From assembly GCA_964625085.1 (NCBI GenBank), contig CAZVAJ010000006.1, forward strand, positions 2,812 to 59,571: a DNA stretch of 56,760 nt, given 5' to 3'. The DNA is from Candidatus Micrarchaeota archaeon. GTDB taxonomy: Archaea; B1Sed10-29; JAJSAI01. A program made the translations under genes and the position numbers. Below, piece by piece: positions 43,410 through 53,257 of the stretch. Position 1 is the stretch's first letter. Each line of letters starts with the position of its first letter. The notes beneath the pieces are model-generated. The model did not search any database and was not told the DNA's origin. It saw nothing but the letters and a program-made list of their open reading frames with translations.

Positions 43410-43419
43410 GTATATAAGG
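43410..43419. promoter_or_regulatory. TATA-like element in a divergent intergenic region
   Basis: GTATATAAGG lies within a 79-nt spacer. GAGGTG is 6 nt upstream of ATG 43458, and GAGGA is upstream of minus-strand ATG 43378. Confidence 0.3.
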
Positions 43420-43457
43420 AGGTATATGTATTATCTTTAGTACTAAGAGGTGTTGTG

Positions 43458-44753
43458 ATGAACATTGCTGTAATTGGTACAGGGTATGTTGGTACAGTTA
43501 CGGGGATTACTTTTGCAGAAGTATGCGGGCATGATGTCCTGTTCCTGGATATAAGGCAGGATAAATTGGACACAATCCGTTCAGGCAAAGCTCCGTTTTA
43601 TGAGCCGGGCTTGAATGAGCTTATTTCAAAAAATCTGAGCAGATTAAAGGTCAGTACTGACTTTTCTGCGGTAAAGTCTGCTGATATGATCTTCTTATGT
43701 GTGGGAACTCCTTCAAATAAGGATGGTTCGGTTGACCTGTCTCAACTTTTTTCTGCAGTGGAGGGTCTGATTCCTCATTTACAGGATGGGAAGTTTAGGG
43801 TGGTGGTTACCAAAAGTACAGTGCCTCCTACCACTGGTGAGAAGGTTATACGGCGGTTAGAGGGGGTGGGATTAACTCTTGGGAAAGATTTTGGATATGT
43901 GTCTAACCCAGAGTTTTTGAGAGAAGGGAATGCGGTGTATGACAGTCTTCATCCAGACCGGATTGTTGTTGGTTGTAAGGATGAAAGGACAAAGGATGTG
44001 ATGCAACAGTTGTATTCTCCCTTTCAGTGTGCTAAAGTATTTACTACTGTGGAAACTGCCGAGATGATCAAGTACGTTGCTAACGCTTTGCTCGCGACTA
44101 AGATCTCATTTGCTAACGAAATCGCAAGATTGTGTGCCAAATTGAATGTTGATGTTTATGAGGTCATGGATGCAGTTGCGCTTGATGGTCGTATCAATCG
44201 AGCATTCCTGAACGCCGGGTTGGGCTTTGGAGGGAGTTGTTTCCCTAAAGATGTTAAAGGACTTCTTTCGTTGTATGGTCTTTTTTCTGTTGATGCTCCT
44301 TTGCTTAAAAGTGTCCTTTCTGTTAACTTCACGCAACCTCTACTGGCCGTGGATTTGTGTGAAGAAAAGTTGGGTGGCTTAAAGAATAAAAAAGTGGCTT
44401 TGATTGGTTTAGCTTTCAAAGAGGATACAGATGATGTTAGAGAAACCAAAGCATATGATATACTCAAAGAACTTTTGGCTAGGGGAGCACAGGTTTATGC
44501 ATATGATCCTGTGGCAGTAGCTTCTTTTACCAGGGAGTATCCCGAACTCTCTGCGAGGATCCAGTTCTACGATTCTTTGAAGGAGACATTAAATGCATCT
44601 GATGTGATCATAATACAAACTGCTTGGAAGGAGATAAAATCTCTTAGTCCCTCTGATTTCAAGATCCACCAGGTGATAATAGATGGCCGAAGGGCATTGG
44701 ATAAAAGGTTATTTAAAGATAAAAATATGAACTACTTTGGAATAGGGTGGTAG
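43458..44753 (+). CDS. ugd: UDP-glucose 6-dehydrogenase family
   Basis: 'IAVIGTGYVGTVTG', the catalytic-Cys motif 'GFGGSCFPKDV' and 'GLAFKEDTDDVRET'. Confidence 0.9.
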   Translation: MNIAVIGTGYVGTVTGITFAEVCGHDVLFLDIRQDKLDTIRSGKAPFYEPGLNELISKNLSRLKVSTDFSAVKSADMIFLCVGTPSNKDGSVDLSQLFSAVEGLIPHLQDGKFRVVVTKSTVPPTTGEKVIRRLEGVGLTLGKDFGYVSNPEFLREGNAVYDSLHPDRIVVGCKDERTKDVMQQLYSPFQCAKVFTTVETAEMIKYVANALLATKISFANEIARLCAKLNVDVYEVMDAVALDGRINRAFLNAGLGFGGSCFPKDVKGLLSLYGLFSVDAPLLKSVLSVNFTQPLLAVDLCEEKLGGLKNKKVALIGLAFKEDTDDVRETKAYDILKELLARGAQVYAYDPVAVASFTREYPELSARIQFYDSLKETLNASDVIIIQTAWKEIKSLSPSDFKIHQVIIDGRRALDKRLFKDKNMNYFGIGW

Positions 44754-44754
44754 T

Positions 44755-45711
44755 ATGAAAATTCTTATTACCGGTGCAGCTGGTTTTATAGGTTCTCATC
44801 TATTAGAGGAGTTAGTTAAACAGAAGCATGATGTTATTGGTGTGGATAACTATGATGAATTCCTTTATCCTGCAGACTACAAACGAAAAAACCTTCAAGA
44901 AGTTGAACAGAACGTTGGTAAAAAAGTTGAGATTATTCCCTTTGACATAAACTCTTCAAAGATTGTGGATCTTCTCAAGTCAGAGAACCCTGATGTGATA
45001 GTGCATCTTGCAGCACGCGCAGGAGTTAGAGCGTCCTTAAAGGACCCTCTTTCATACTCTGAGTTTAACATTAGAGGAACTATTAACTTGCTGGAGGCAG
45101 CGCGTCAAGCAGGGGTAGAACATTTTGTTTTTGGATCTTCTTCTTCGGTGTATGGTAAAACTGATCGGATTCCCTTTGTAGAGGACGACTACGCGGACAA
45201 ACCTCTTTCAGTCTATGCCGCGTCAAAACGCTCCGGTGAGCTCATGTGTTATGCATATCATAATATCTATGGATTGAGTGTTAACTGTTTGCGGTTTTTT
45301 ACTGTTTATGGGCCACGGCAGAGGCCGGATATGGCCATACATAAATTTACTCGTATGATTGAGAGTGGAGAACAGATAACAATTTTTGGAGATGGCACAT
45401 CGAAAAGGGACTACACATACTGTAAGGATATTGTTCAGGGGATCATTGGTGCAATAAATTATAGGCGGGGATTCGAGGTGTTCAACCTCGGAAATTCTCA
45501 AGTGGTAGAGTTGAATTATCTTATCTCACTTATCGAGAAAGAGACTGGCAAAAAAGCAATAACAAAAAGAGTGCCTTGGCCGAAAACAGATCCTCTTGTT
45601 ACAAGCGCGGACATTACGAAAGCAAAGAAGATGTTAGGATACTCTCCTAAAACCAATATTGAAGAAGGGATCCGTAACTTTGTTGAGTGGTATAAAATGA
45701 GGCGAGTCTGA
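44755..45711 (+). CDS. NAD-dependent sugar epimerase, UDP-glucuronate 4-epimerase-like
   Basis: 'MKILITGAAGFIGSHL' and 'YAASKRSGELMCYAYHNIYGLSVNCLRFFTVYGPRQRPDMAIHKF', which matches the GlcA-4-epimerase-type signature. It lies immediately after ugd. Confidence 0.7.
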   Translation: MKILITGAAGFIGSHLLEELVKQKHDVIGVDNYDEFLYPADYKRKNLQEVEQNVGKKVEIIPFDINSSKIVDLLKSENPDVIVHLAARAGVRASLKDPLSYSEFNIRGTINLLEAARQAGVEHFVFGSSSSVYGKTDRIPFVEDDYADKPLSVYAASKRSGELMCYAYHNIYGLSVNCLRFFTVYGPRQRPDMAIHKFTRMIESGEQITIFGDGTSKRDYTYCKDIVQGIIGAINYRRGFEVFNLGNSQVVELNYLISLIEKETGKKAITKRVPWPKTDPLVTSADITKAKKMLGYSPKTNIEEGIRNFVEWYKMRRV

Positions 45712-46511
45712 TGAAAGCAATAATACTTGCTGCTGGAAAGGCTACCCGGCTAAGACCTTTAACGTATGCTATCCCAAAACCTTTACTTCCTGTGGGCGGA
45801 AAGCCGATAATCGATTATATCATAGAAACACTGCAGGTGGAACGGAGTATTGATGAGGTGTATGTCGCTATTAATGCATCTGACCATATTGGAAAGACTG
45901 TGGTTGAACATTTTGAAAAGTTTAAAAAGATTGCTCCAAAAGAATTTGCCAGCAGATATCGTGTTAAAATAAACTTTGTTGATGTTAAAGGATGGGAGAC
46001 CGGAGGAGATCTTAAGCTAGCCGCGTATGAAGCAGGTATTGAAAAAGAGGAAAACTTTCTCTTGTGTTATGGGGATAATATAACCAATCTAGATATTTCC
46101 AGATTCTTGAGATTTCACCTGAGCCAAGACCCAGAAGTGACAATGGCGTTATTTGATGTTCCTAAACGGGATACTTCTCGTCTAGGGATCGCGAAGATAG
46201 ATGATGCTTGGAACATCATCCAGTTTTACGAGAAGCCTAAAAAGTTCCCAGGATCAACTCTTGCAAATGCGGGTTATTATGTTATGAAGGGGAAAGTATT
46301 AGATAGAATTCCCTATGGAAAAGTGCGGTTCGAGAATGCTATTGTCCCTGAACTTGTAAGAGAAAAGAGGATTAAGGGATATACTTCTGATATCAGTTAC
46401 TGGTATGATGTTGGGACGATAGAGAGCTATGTGGAAGCGAATGTCTATATTCAGTCAAAGAAAGGAGTGATTACACACCCAAATCTATTGGACGATAACG
46501 AGGCCTTTTAA
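45711..46511 (+). CDS. sugar-phosphate nucleotidyltransferase
   Basis: 'MKAIILAAGKATRLRPLTYAIPKPLLPVGGKPIIDY'. TGATG overlap with the previous gene. Confidence 0.8.
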   Translation: MKAIILAAGKATRLRPLTYAIPKPLLPVGGKPIIDYIIETLQVERSIDEVYVAINASDHIGKTVVEHFEKFKKIAPKEFASRYRVKINFVDVKGWETGGDLKLAAYEAGIEKEENFLLCYGDNITNLDISRFLRFHLSQDPEVTMALFDVPKRDTSRLGIAKIDDAWNIIQFYEKPKKFPGSTLANAGYYVMKGKVLDRIPYGKVRFENAIVPELVREKRIKGYTSDISYWYDVGTIESYVEANVYIQSKKGVITHPNLLDDNEAF

Positions 46512-47893
46512 TGAAGAAACATGTAAAAGATGTTTCGTACACTACCTTGAACCAATTTGTTACGTTAGGAATACTTTTTTTGATAACTGTTGTGATTGCT
46601 CGTTTATACGGCGTTAGTGAACTTGGAGTATATGCCAGTTGGTCTGCTCTTGGGCAGATGGTCTCAGGTCTCTTTATGTTTGGTTTTGATGCGTCCATCC
46701 TCAGACAAATCTCTTTTTTGAGTGGAAAAAAAGATAGAGATAGCATACAAAAGTTGGCTTCTAGCGCAGTATTCTTCTTTTTAGGCTTTGGTTTGTTGAT
46801 TTTCTGGTTCTTAATTCCACTTTCTTGGCTTCCTGTGGATATTCCTGCAAACTTAGCTCTCCTGCTGTGTTTATTTGCATATTTTAGAGTTCTTAACGCA
46901 ATCCCAAGTTCTATTCTTATAGGACTAGAGAGGTTTAAAGAACAGGCTCTGTTAAACATCTCTTCACAGGTTATTATCTTTTCAAGCTTATTCTTCGTAT
47001 CTTCCTTTGAGCAATTCTTCTATTTCCTCGCATTTACTCCTCTTTTCCTTTTTGTGGTTCGTATCATCTTGATAAGAGAATACCTACGGCTCCATTTTGA
47101 TCTTAAAAAGGTGATTTCGCTCTTCTCTTTTGCAAAATACATCGGATTAACTAGTCTCTTCAAGCTTTTTTATGCAAAAGTAGATATTCTTTTAGTAACT
47201 CTCTTTTTAGGTACTGCTACAACTGGGCTCTATTCTGCAGGAATTTCTATTGCAAACCTTCTGACTCTAGTGCCCGTTGCAGTAGGGACGGTGATGACAC
47301 CTCTGTTGTCAAGGTATGCAGGAGAATCAAACATGAAAAAGACTAAAGGGGTGTTGTTGGTTACTACAAGGTATCTGGCAGTCAGTTCGTTCTTATCTGC
47401 ACTGGGCCTTCTTTTACTTGCGAGGCCTCTCATTAGCTTGCTATATGGTGAAGCATTTATTGTGGTTGAAACGTTTCTTCCTTTGCTAATAATTGCGGCA
47501 ATGTTGACCGTATTCACTACTGTTGCAAAGCCCCTCTTTTGGGCATATAATAAACCACATATCTCTATGTGGGCATGGTTGATGTGCACAATATGTATCC
47601 TTCCTTTGGATCTTGTATTTATTCCACTTTTGGGAGTGTATGGTGCAAGTATTGTGAGAGTTCTTTTTATGACGTTAATGTTTTTTGTCATGGGTTATAA
47701 CATCTACAAGCTAATTGGTAGAGAGTATGTTGAAACAGTCCTGAAGATTCTTGTTGTGATGATTCCGGTGGTGACCTTGTCGTTTTTTGGAGTCTTATTC
47801 CTTTTTATAGGTGCGATTATCTTTCTTATACTGATGATTGTTTTGAACGTAGTTCACCTTAGTGAGCTGCGGATGATTTTTGGAGGGAAGTGA
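46511..47893 (+). CDS. polysaccharide/oligosaccharide flippase (Wzx-like, MOP superfamily)
   Basis: 460 aa with about 12-14 TM helices. The length and layout are typical of polysaccharide-biosynthesis flippases. TAATG overlap with the previous gene. Confidence 0.7.
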   Translation: MKKHVKDVSYTTLNQFVTLGILFLITVVIARLYGVSELGVYASWSALGQMVSGLFMFGFDASILRQISFLSGKKDRDSIQKLASSAVFFFLGFGLLIFWFLIPLSWLPVDIPANLALLLCLFAYFRVLNAIPSSILIGLERFKEQALLNISSQVIIFSSLFFVSSFEQFFYFLAFTPLFLFVVRIILIREYLRLHFDLKKVISLFSFAKYIGLTSLFKLFYAKVDILLVTLFLGTATTGLYSAGISIANLLTLVPVAVGTVMTPLLSRYAGESNMKKTKGVLLVTTRYLAVSSFLSALGLLLLARPLISLLYGEAFIVVETFLPLLIIAAMLTVFTTVAKPLFWAYNKPHISMWAWLMCTICILPLDLVFIPLLGVYGASIVRVLFMTLMFFVMGYNIYKLIGREYVETVLKILVVMIPVVTLSFFGVLFLFIGAIIFLILMIVLNVVHLSELRMIFGGK

Positions 47894-47894
47894 T

Positions 47895-48974
47895 ATGAAT
47901 TTTGTTTTTATGTTCAATGCAGTCACTCTCGGTTCGGGGTACGTGAACCGTAATTACAATCTCGCGAAGAAAATGAGGCAAAAGGGAGAAAATGCATGGT
48001 TTTTTACTTTCATAAAACGGAGAGAGTTTGACATTCCAATAGAAAGTGTTGGTATCCCTGCACGTTTAGTGGATGCCCCTGTGTTGAAGCATTATCTATC
48101 CTTCAGGACGACACGACAATTGAAGCGCTTGAATCCAAAGTATTTACATGTTGATTTTACTCCCATAGATGAATATGCGTACCATGCGAGCAGGAAACTG
48201 AAAGCAAGTGTTGTTTATAGTTACCATGGCGTTGCAGATCCCACACTCTACGAGGGTAAAGCTAGGAAGATTAGGATAAAACAGTTGGAAAGAATTCATA
48301 AGAACATTAGAAATGCTGATCTAAGGATTTCCGTTAGTAAGTACATGCAGAGGGAGCTGGAAGAGCAGGGCATTGACTCCCATGTAGTGTACAATGGGAT
48401 TGATCCAGAGTTTTTTAGGCCTGACGTGGCTGAAACGGTGGATAAAAAGATATTATTCTTGAGTAGGCTGGAGCCCCATAAGGGTGTTCACTTTATTATT
48501 GATGCATTTAAGAGAATAAAGAGAGAGATACCTGATGCTACTCTTGATATTGCGGGCTCTGGGGCTAATAAAGAGTACTATGAACAACTCCTGCAAAAGT
48601 CAAAAGATGTAGAGGGAATACACTTTCTTGGAAAGGTTCCAGATATCCTGCTTCCGAAGCTTTATGCTTCAGCCTCTCTATTCGTTTTACCCACATTATG
48701 GGAAGGTTTCGGGATGCCGTTCATGGAAGCACAAGCTTGTGGAACTCCTTGTGTGGGGTTCGATCTATGTAGCATTCCAGAGGTGGTGCAGCATGGGAAG
48801 ACAGGGTTACTCGTTCCTCCCAAGGACATTGATGCTCTATCTGAGGCATGTATTGAAATCTTATCTTCAAAGAAAAAGCAGGAAACTTTATCCAAAAATG
48901 CTTACCGTTGGTCTAGAAAGTTTACTTGGGATAAAATAACCGATAGATTCATTTCACTTGTCCAACAAGTATGA
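47895..48974 (+). CDS. glycosyltransferase, GT4 (group 1) type
   Basis: C-terminal 'FVLPTLWEGFGMPFMEAQACGTPCVGF' (E-x7-E region). ATG 47895 has GGAGG 8 nt upstream. The longest ORF starts at TTG 47880. Confidence 0.8.
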   Translation: MNFVFMFNAVTLGSGYVNRNYNLAKKMRQKGENAWFFTFIKRREFDIPIESVGIPARLVDAPVLKHYLSFRTTRQLKRLNPKYLHVDFTPIDEYAYHASRKLKASVVYSYHGVADPTLYEGKARKIRIKQLERIHKNIRNADLRISVSKYMQRELEEQGIDSHVVYNGIDPEFFRPDVAETVDKKILFLSRLEPHKGVHFIIDAFKRIKREIPDATLDIAGSGANKEYYEQLLQKSKDVEGIHFLGKVPDILLPKLYASASLFVLPTLWEGFGMPFMEAQACGTPCVGFDLCSIPEVVQHGKTGLLVPPKDIDALSEACIEILSSKKKQETLSKNAYRWSRKFTWDKITDRFISLVQQV

Positions 48975-49596
48975 TGTTGTTTGCCCATTTTGAGCTAGCC
49001 AATATTGATCCAAGACGATACAACTTCAGTGCATGCATACCTGGAAAAGTTAATACATCTCCTTCTACACGCGTTACCTTGAAGTATTTGGACACCGTTT
49101 TTCTCAGTGTTTTATCCGTGAATTGAGTATAGTGGTGGAATTCTCCAGGGGGATTGCCTGCGGGTTTTACTCGTCCTTTGAGTAATAGCCACAACTGGTG
49201 GATTGCTCTTGCGTTTGGTACGACTATTACCACTCTTCCATTTTTCTTTAGGACGCGTTTACATTCCTTTAATGTCTTTTCTGGTTCGAGCACGTGTTCG
49301 AGTACATGACACAGTAGAACAGTGTCAAACGTGTTTGATTCGAACGGCATGTTCTCTATATCGCCTACTACTGTCTTCAGGCCATGAGCCCTTGCTTTCT
49401 CTAAGGATTTCTTTGAGATATCAAGAACAGTGGAGTCAAGGCCATATGTTATCTGGCCAGTTCCCCCTCCTGCGTCAAGTATTTTCCCCTTTAGTAATCT
49501 ACGTACCTTGTGTGAAGTTATGTCAAATTCTCGTTTTGAGCGGGGACCTTGTGCTTGGTCATACCTCTTTTTTTGAATCTCCTTTTCTTTGTTCAT
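48949..49596 (-). CDS. class I SAM-dependent methyltransferase
   Basis: Motif I 'ILDAGGGTGQITYGL' and 'DTVLLCHVLEHVLEPEKTLKECKRVLKKNGRVVIVVPN'. Confidence 0.8.
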   Translation of the reverse strand: MNKEKEIQKKRYDQAQGPRSKREFDITSHKVRRLLKGKILDAGGGTGQITYGLDSTVLDISKKSLEKARAHGLKTVVGDIENMPFESNTFDTVLLCHVLEHVLEPEKTLKECKRVLKKNGRVVIVVPNARAIHQLWLLLKGRVKPAGNPPGEFHHYTQFTDKTLRKTVSKYFKVTRVEGDVLTFPGMHALKLYRLGSILASSKWANNIILVGQVK

Positions 49597-50659
49597 GTAA
49601 TACTCTCCGGTATACTTTAAGATACTCTTCAGTTATACTCTCCCAACTCCAACCTTGTATGCTGTCTAGAAGAGCTTGTTTTTTGAATCTCCTTTCTCCT
49701 TTAAGTATCTTTAATACCTCATCTGCAAATTCTTGTGGCCCTCCATCCACTAGTACCCCGTTTTTTGGGGTTATAACCTCCTTGGAATCGCCTTCTGCAT
49801 AACTTATCGTTGGGATGCCGCAGGCTATAGATTCTATGCTGGGCAGATAAGAATGGGTAAATATTGCCACTTTAGATTCATTGTATAGTCTGGGGAGTGT
49901 GTTGTGGTTAACGCTTCCGAGAAACTTAACGGACCCGGTCAAGCCTAATCTGTTCACCATCCTCTTTAGTTTATCCCTCTCTGGTCCATCTCCACAGATT
50001 ATAAACTTTGTTTTTGGGGAATTTTTATGTATAAAATAAAATGCTTTTATAAGCCTGTCAGTTCCTTTGACTTTATACAAACTTTGTACGGTTATGATCT
50101 GGTCCTTTTTTTTGATTTGAAGGGGTCTAAACTGGGTGGTGTCTACTCCATTTTTTATAACTTTAATTCCTTTGATTCTTCTGGCTTTTTGTGCATTTTT
50201 TTTAATAAATTCACTCACTGCAGTTATTGCACTGCTCTTTGTTAAGACGATTCGGTAGAACAATGGGTCTATGCGGGGAATTTGTTCTTCTGTCATGGTC
50301 TCAAGACCATGGAGTGTGGTAATGTAGGGTATGCGAAGCAGTCTTGCCGCTATAGCGGCATCTATTGTTAGAATATGGAACCCATTTATGTGTACAATGT
50401 CTGGCTTTTCTCGCTGGAATTCCTTCAGGAGATAGAGCAAGTTTCTTATTGCTTTGAATTTATTGATCAATGGGTTGTCGTGGAATCGTAAATAATGAAT
50501 GGTGCTCTGCCTGTTATGCACTTCTTCGTCTTTTTTTAGTGAAGAATAAATTAGTACGGAATTACCCCTCTTTTTAAGTTGTTTTGCAAGATTTGTTACT
50601 ACAACTGGCATGCCCACGTTGGGATTGTTCATGCCAGAGACTACGAATATAATCTTCAT
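49559..50659 (-). CDS. glycosyltransferase, GT4 (group 1) type
   Basis: N-terminus 'MKIIFVVSGMNNPNVGMPVVVTNLAKQLKKRGNSV'. The C-terminal half has typical GT-B features ('ICGDGPERDKLK', 'SIESIACGIPTISY'). Confidence 0.8.
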   Translation of the reverse strand: MKIIFVVSGMNNPNVGMPVVVTNLAKQLKKRGNSVLIYSSLKKDEEVHNRQSTIHYLRFHDNPLINKFKAIRNLLYLLKEFQREKPDIVHINGFHILTIDAAIAARLLRIPYITTLHGLETMTEEQIPRIDPLFYRIVLTKSSAITAVSEFIKKNAQKARRIKGIKVIKNGVDTTQFRPLQIKKKDQIITVQSLYKVKGTDRLIKAFYFIHKNSPKTKFIICGDGPERDKLKRMVNRLGLTGSVKFLGSVNHNTLPRLYNESKVAIFTHSYLPSIESIACGIPTISYAEGDSKEVITPKNGVLVDGGPQEFADEVLKILKGERRFKKQALLDSIQGWSWESITEEYLKVYRRVLHEQRKGDSKKEV

Positions 50660-50681
50660 GCTCTTATATCTGGGCGTAATC

Positions 50682-50689
50682 TTTTATAA
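50682..50689. promoter_or_regulatory. shared TATA-like element in a divergent intergenic region
   Basis: TTTTATAA lies 22 nt from minus-strand ATG 50659 and 28 nt from plus-strand ATG 50718. Confidence 0.4.
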
Positions 50690-50717
50690 CCTTTAATCTG
50701 AATAACTAGTGATACAT

Positions 50718-52184
50718 ATGAAGGTTCTTTTAGTGAATCCTCCTCGATATGGAAAACTCCCTGTACTCCGAGATGAGATCTGTTTCCAAGACGTTAATTA
50801 TGTTCCGTTTCCTTTGAGATTAGCTCAGTTGGCAAGCATCCTTAAGGAGAGAGGGCATGCTGTTGAGATCGTTGACTGTAATGCGCTTAATATCTCCTGG
50901 AAAGATCTTGAAGGGCTTCTGCGCCAAAAAGAGTATGACATCCTTTTATTCCAGTCTGCTGATGGTCTTTTGTCTAAGGATGCTAAAACAGCACATATCT
51001 CAAAGCAACAGCATCCTGGGGCTGCAGTAGTTCTTCTTGAGACGGTTATTGCACCGGTTTTTCCTGAGAGAGTTTTTTCTGATTATCCTGATATTGATTA
51101 TATCCTGCTGTCTGTACCTGAAACCACTTTCCCTGACTTGGTGGATGCCCTCTCTGCTTCGAGAAAAGTAGAGGAAGTGGCTGGATTAGCTTATCGGGAA
51201 GGAGGCCTTGCAAAACGAACGGCACATAGGCCGGTGGATATAAACATGGATTCTCTTCCTTTTTTGGCGTATGATCTGTTACCAATGGAGAAGTACAGCA
51301 TTGAGGTATGGGATAGGTCTTGGAAGGAACTGAAGCCTGCTATCCGTTTTAGGTCAACAAGAGGGTGTCCTTTCGGTTGTAAATTTTGTATAATAGGTTC
51401 TTCTGATGGGGTGAGGGGTTACGATAGGGGCTGGAGGTTCATGAGCCCTGAACGGGTTATTGATGAACTTGAGTATGTGAAGCGTGAGTATGGCATAAAA
51501 GGGGTGTACTTCTGGGATGAGACATTCACCCTTGATCAAGAAAGAGCAAAAAGGATCTGCGAGCTAATGATAGAACGAGACTTGGATATGACTTGGAGGT
51601 GTCTGACGAGAGTAGACTGTGTTAATCCCGAATTATTGAAGCTGATGAAAAAGGCTGGCTGCGTTCATATCGAGTATGGTATTGAGTCTGCTTCTGACAC
51701 CATGCTTAAACGTATGGGTAAGAAAAATACCTCTGCACAGCAATTGCAGGCAATCAAGTGGACGCGTGATGCAGGCATCTCTTTCCATGCAGACATGATT
51801 GTTGGTCTCCCTGGAGAAAGTAAGGAGACTCTTGAAGAAGACCGGAAGTTCATCAAAAAGATTGGCGCAGATCTTTTTCATCTCTCTATCGCATTTCCAT
51901 ATCCTGCAACTGATTTCTACAGAGAAGCGGTACAAAAAGGGCTTCTTGAGGTAGATGACATCTATGAAGTTTGCAGAGATACGCGAATTCGGGTTGGTAA
52001 TACTCCTCTTGCGAGAACAGAGTATCTTTCAATAGAAGAGCTTAAAGAAGAATGGAAGAAAATGCGTAAACTCATGGATAAAGAAACCCTTACGTTAAGT
52101 AGAATCCTTACGGGAATAAGGCGCACCAGGAGCCCTCAAGAGTTCGTACGGAAGACTAAGAAATTAATGAGTCTTTTGCGGTGA
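50718..52184 (+). CDS. B12-binding-domain radical SAM enzyme
   Basis: N-terminal cobalamin-binding-like domain ('MKVLLVNPP...LRLAQLASILKERGHAVEIVD'). Radical-SAM cluster motif 'RGCPFGCKFC' (CxxxCxxC). The longest ORF starts at GTG 50709. Confidence 0.85.
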   Translation: MKVLLVNPPRYGKLPVLRDEICFQDVNYVPFPLRLAQLASILKERGHAVEIVDCNALNISWKDLEGLLRQKEYDILLFQSADGLLSKDAKTAHISKQQHPGAAVVLLETVIAPVFPERVFSDYPDIDYILLSVPETTFPDLVDALSASRKVEEVAGLAYREGGLAKRTAHRPVDINMDSLPFLAYDLLPMEKYSIEVWDRSWKELKPAIRFRSTRGCPFGCKFCIIGSSDGVRGYDRGWRFMSPERVIDELEYVKREYGIKGVYFWDETFTLDQERAKRICELMIERDLDMTWRCLTRVDCVNPELLKLMKKAGCVHIEYGIESASDTMLKRMGKKNTSAQQLQAIKWTRDAGISFHADMIVGLPGESKETLEEDRKFIKKIGADLFHLSIAFPYPATDFYREAVQKGLLEVDDIYEVCRDTRIRVGNTPLARTEYLSIEELKEEWKKMRKLMDKETLTLSRILTGIRRTRSPQEFVRKTKKLMSLLR

Positions 52185-53257
52185 GTTTGTTGAACGTGGG
52201 GATGGTCTGTAGAAGCGTGCCCTGGATGATAAATGGGGGGATGGAGAGACATGTTTGGGAGCTCTCCAAAGCATTGAAGCGGTTAGGGCATGAGGTTAAC
52301 CTTTTTTCTATGGCTGAAAGCGTGAAAAAAGAGGGGATCAATGTTCATCAAGTGCGCCAGGTTAAGATAGGTCATGATTTTCTTGACAGGCATTTATGGT
52401 CCCTTTATGTTCCCCGAGCGCTTGATGATTATGATCTTGATGTGTTGCACTTTCAAGGTCTTGCAGCCTATGGCTATGCTAGGAAAAAAGAAGGTTATGT
52501 TACAACATTTCACGGTATCTCTTCTCTGCACGGCAGTCATGGTGGAATTCTTTCATTTTTTGCGAGGAAACTAAAAGACCATGAAGAGAGATTAATAGCT
52601 AAGAATGCAGGTCACATAATCGCGGTAGATGAGAACACTAAAGAGAACATTATAAAGAGGTATGCGCCAGATTCGCCGATCACAGTAATCCCAAACGGTG
52701 TAAGTGTGCCTGAATATCTTGCAGAGATAACACCTGAGAGGGGAAACAGTTACACCTTTCTCTTTGTTGGGCGTCTTAGTATTAATAAGGGGTTGAAGAC
52801 TCTTCTAGCTGCTTTTTCACGGTTTACTGATGAGGATGTTAGGTTGGTTATTGTGGGAGATGGTCAACTCAGGAAGTTTGTTGAACAGGCCGTGAAGCGG
52901 GATCCCCGGATAGTGTGGCGGAGAGCTATATCCGATAGACAGTTATGGAAAGAGTACAAAAGCGCTGATGCTGTTGTACTCCCTTCGGAGTATGAAGGGT
53001 TCGGGATAGTCGCTTTAGAAGCAATGGTGGTTGAAAAAGTATTTATAGGCACTCCTGTGGGTGTACTAAAGGAAGTCGCTGGTAAATGTGGTCGTGTGGT
53101 GAAGAAGGGAGATGTTTCTGATCTCTATTCCGCGATGCGAGCTGCTTATGAGAATGAGATAAAGTGCAGCAAGACTGCAGCAAGAAGGTTTGTTAAGGAG
53201 TATTCATGGGATACGATTGCTAAGAAAACAGTTAATGTTTACAGATCTCTCGCATGA
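52181..53257 (+). CDS. glycosyltransferase, GT4 (group 1) type
   Basis: 'INGGMERHVWELSKALKRLGHEV' and 'VVLPSEYEGFGIVALEAMVVEKVFIGT'. The GTG start forms a GTGA overlap with the radical-SAM stop. Confidence 0.8.
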   Translation: MSLLNVGMVCRSVPWMINGGMERHVWELSKALKRLGHEVNLFSMAESVKKEGINVHQVRQVKIGHDFLDRHLWSLYVPRALDDYDLDVLHFQGLAAYGYARKKEGYVTTFHGISSLHGSHGGILSFFARKLKDHEERLIAKNAGHIIAVDENTKENIIKRYAPDSPITVIPNGVSVPEYLAEITPERGNSYTFLFVGRLSINKGLKTLLAAFSRFTDEDVRLVIVGDGQLRKFVEQAVKRDPRIVWRRAISDRQLWKEYKSADAVVLPSEYEGFGIVALEAMVVEKVFIGTPVGVLKEVAGKCGRVVKKGDVSDLYSAMRAAYENEIKCSKTAARRFVKEYSWDTIAKKTVNVYRSLA

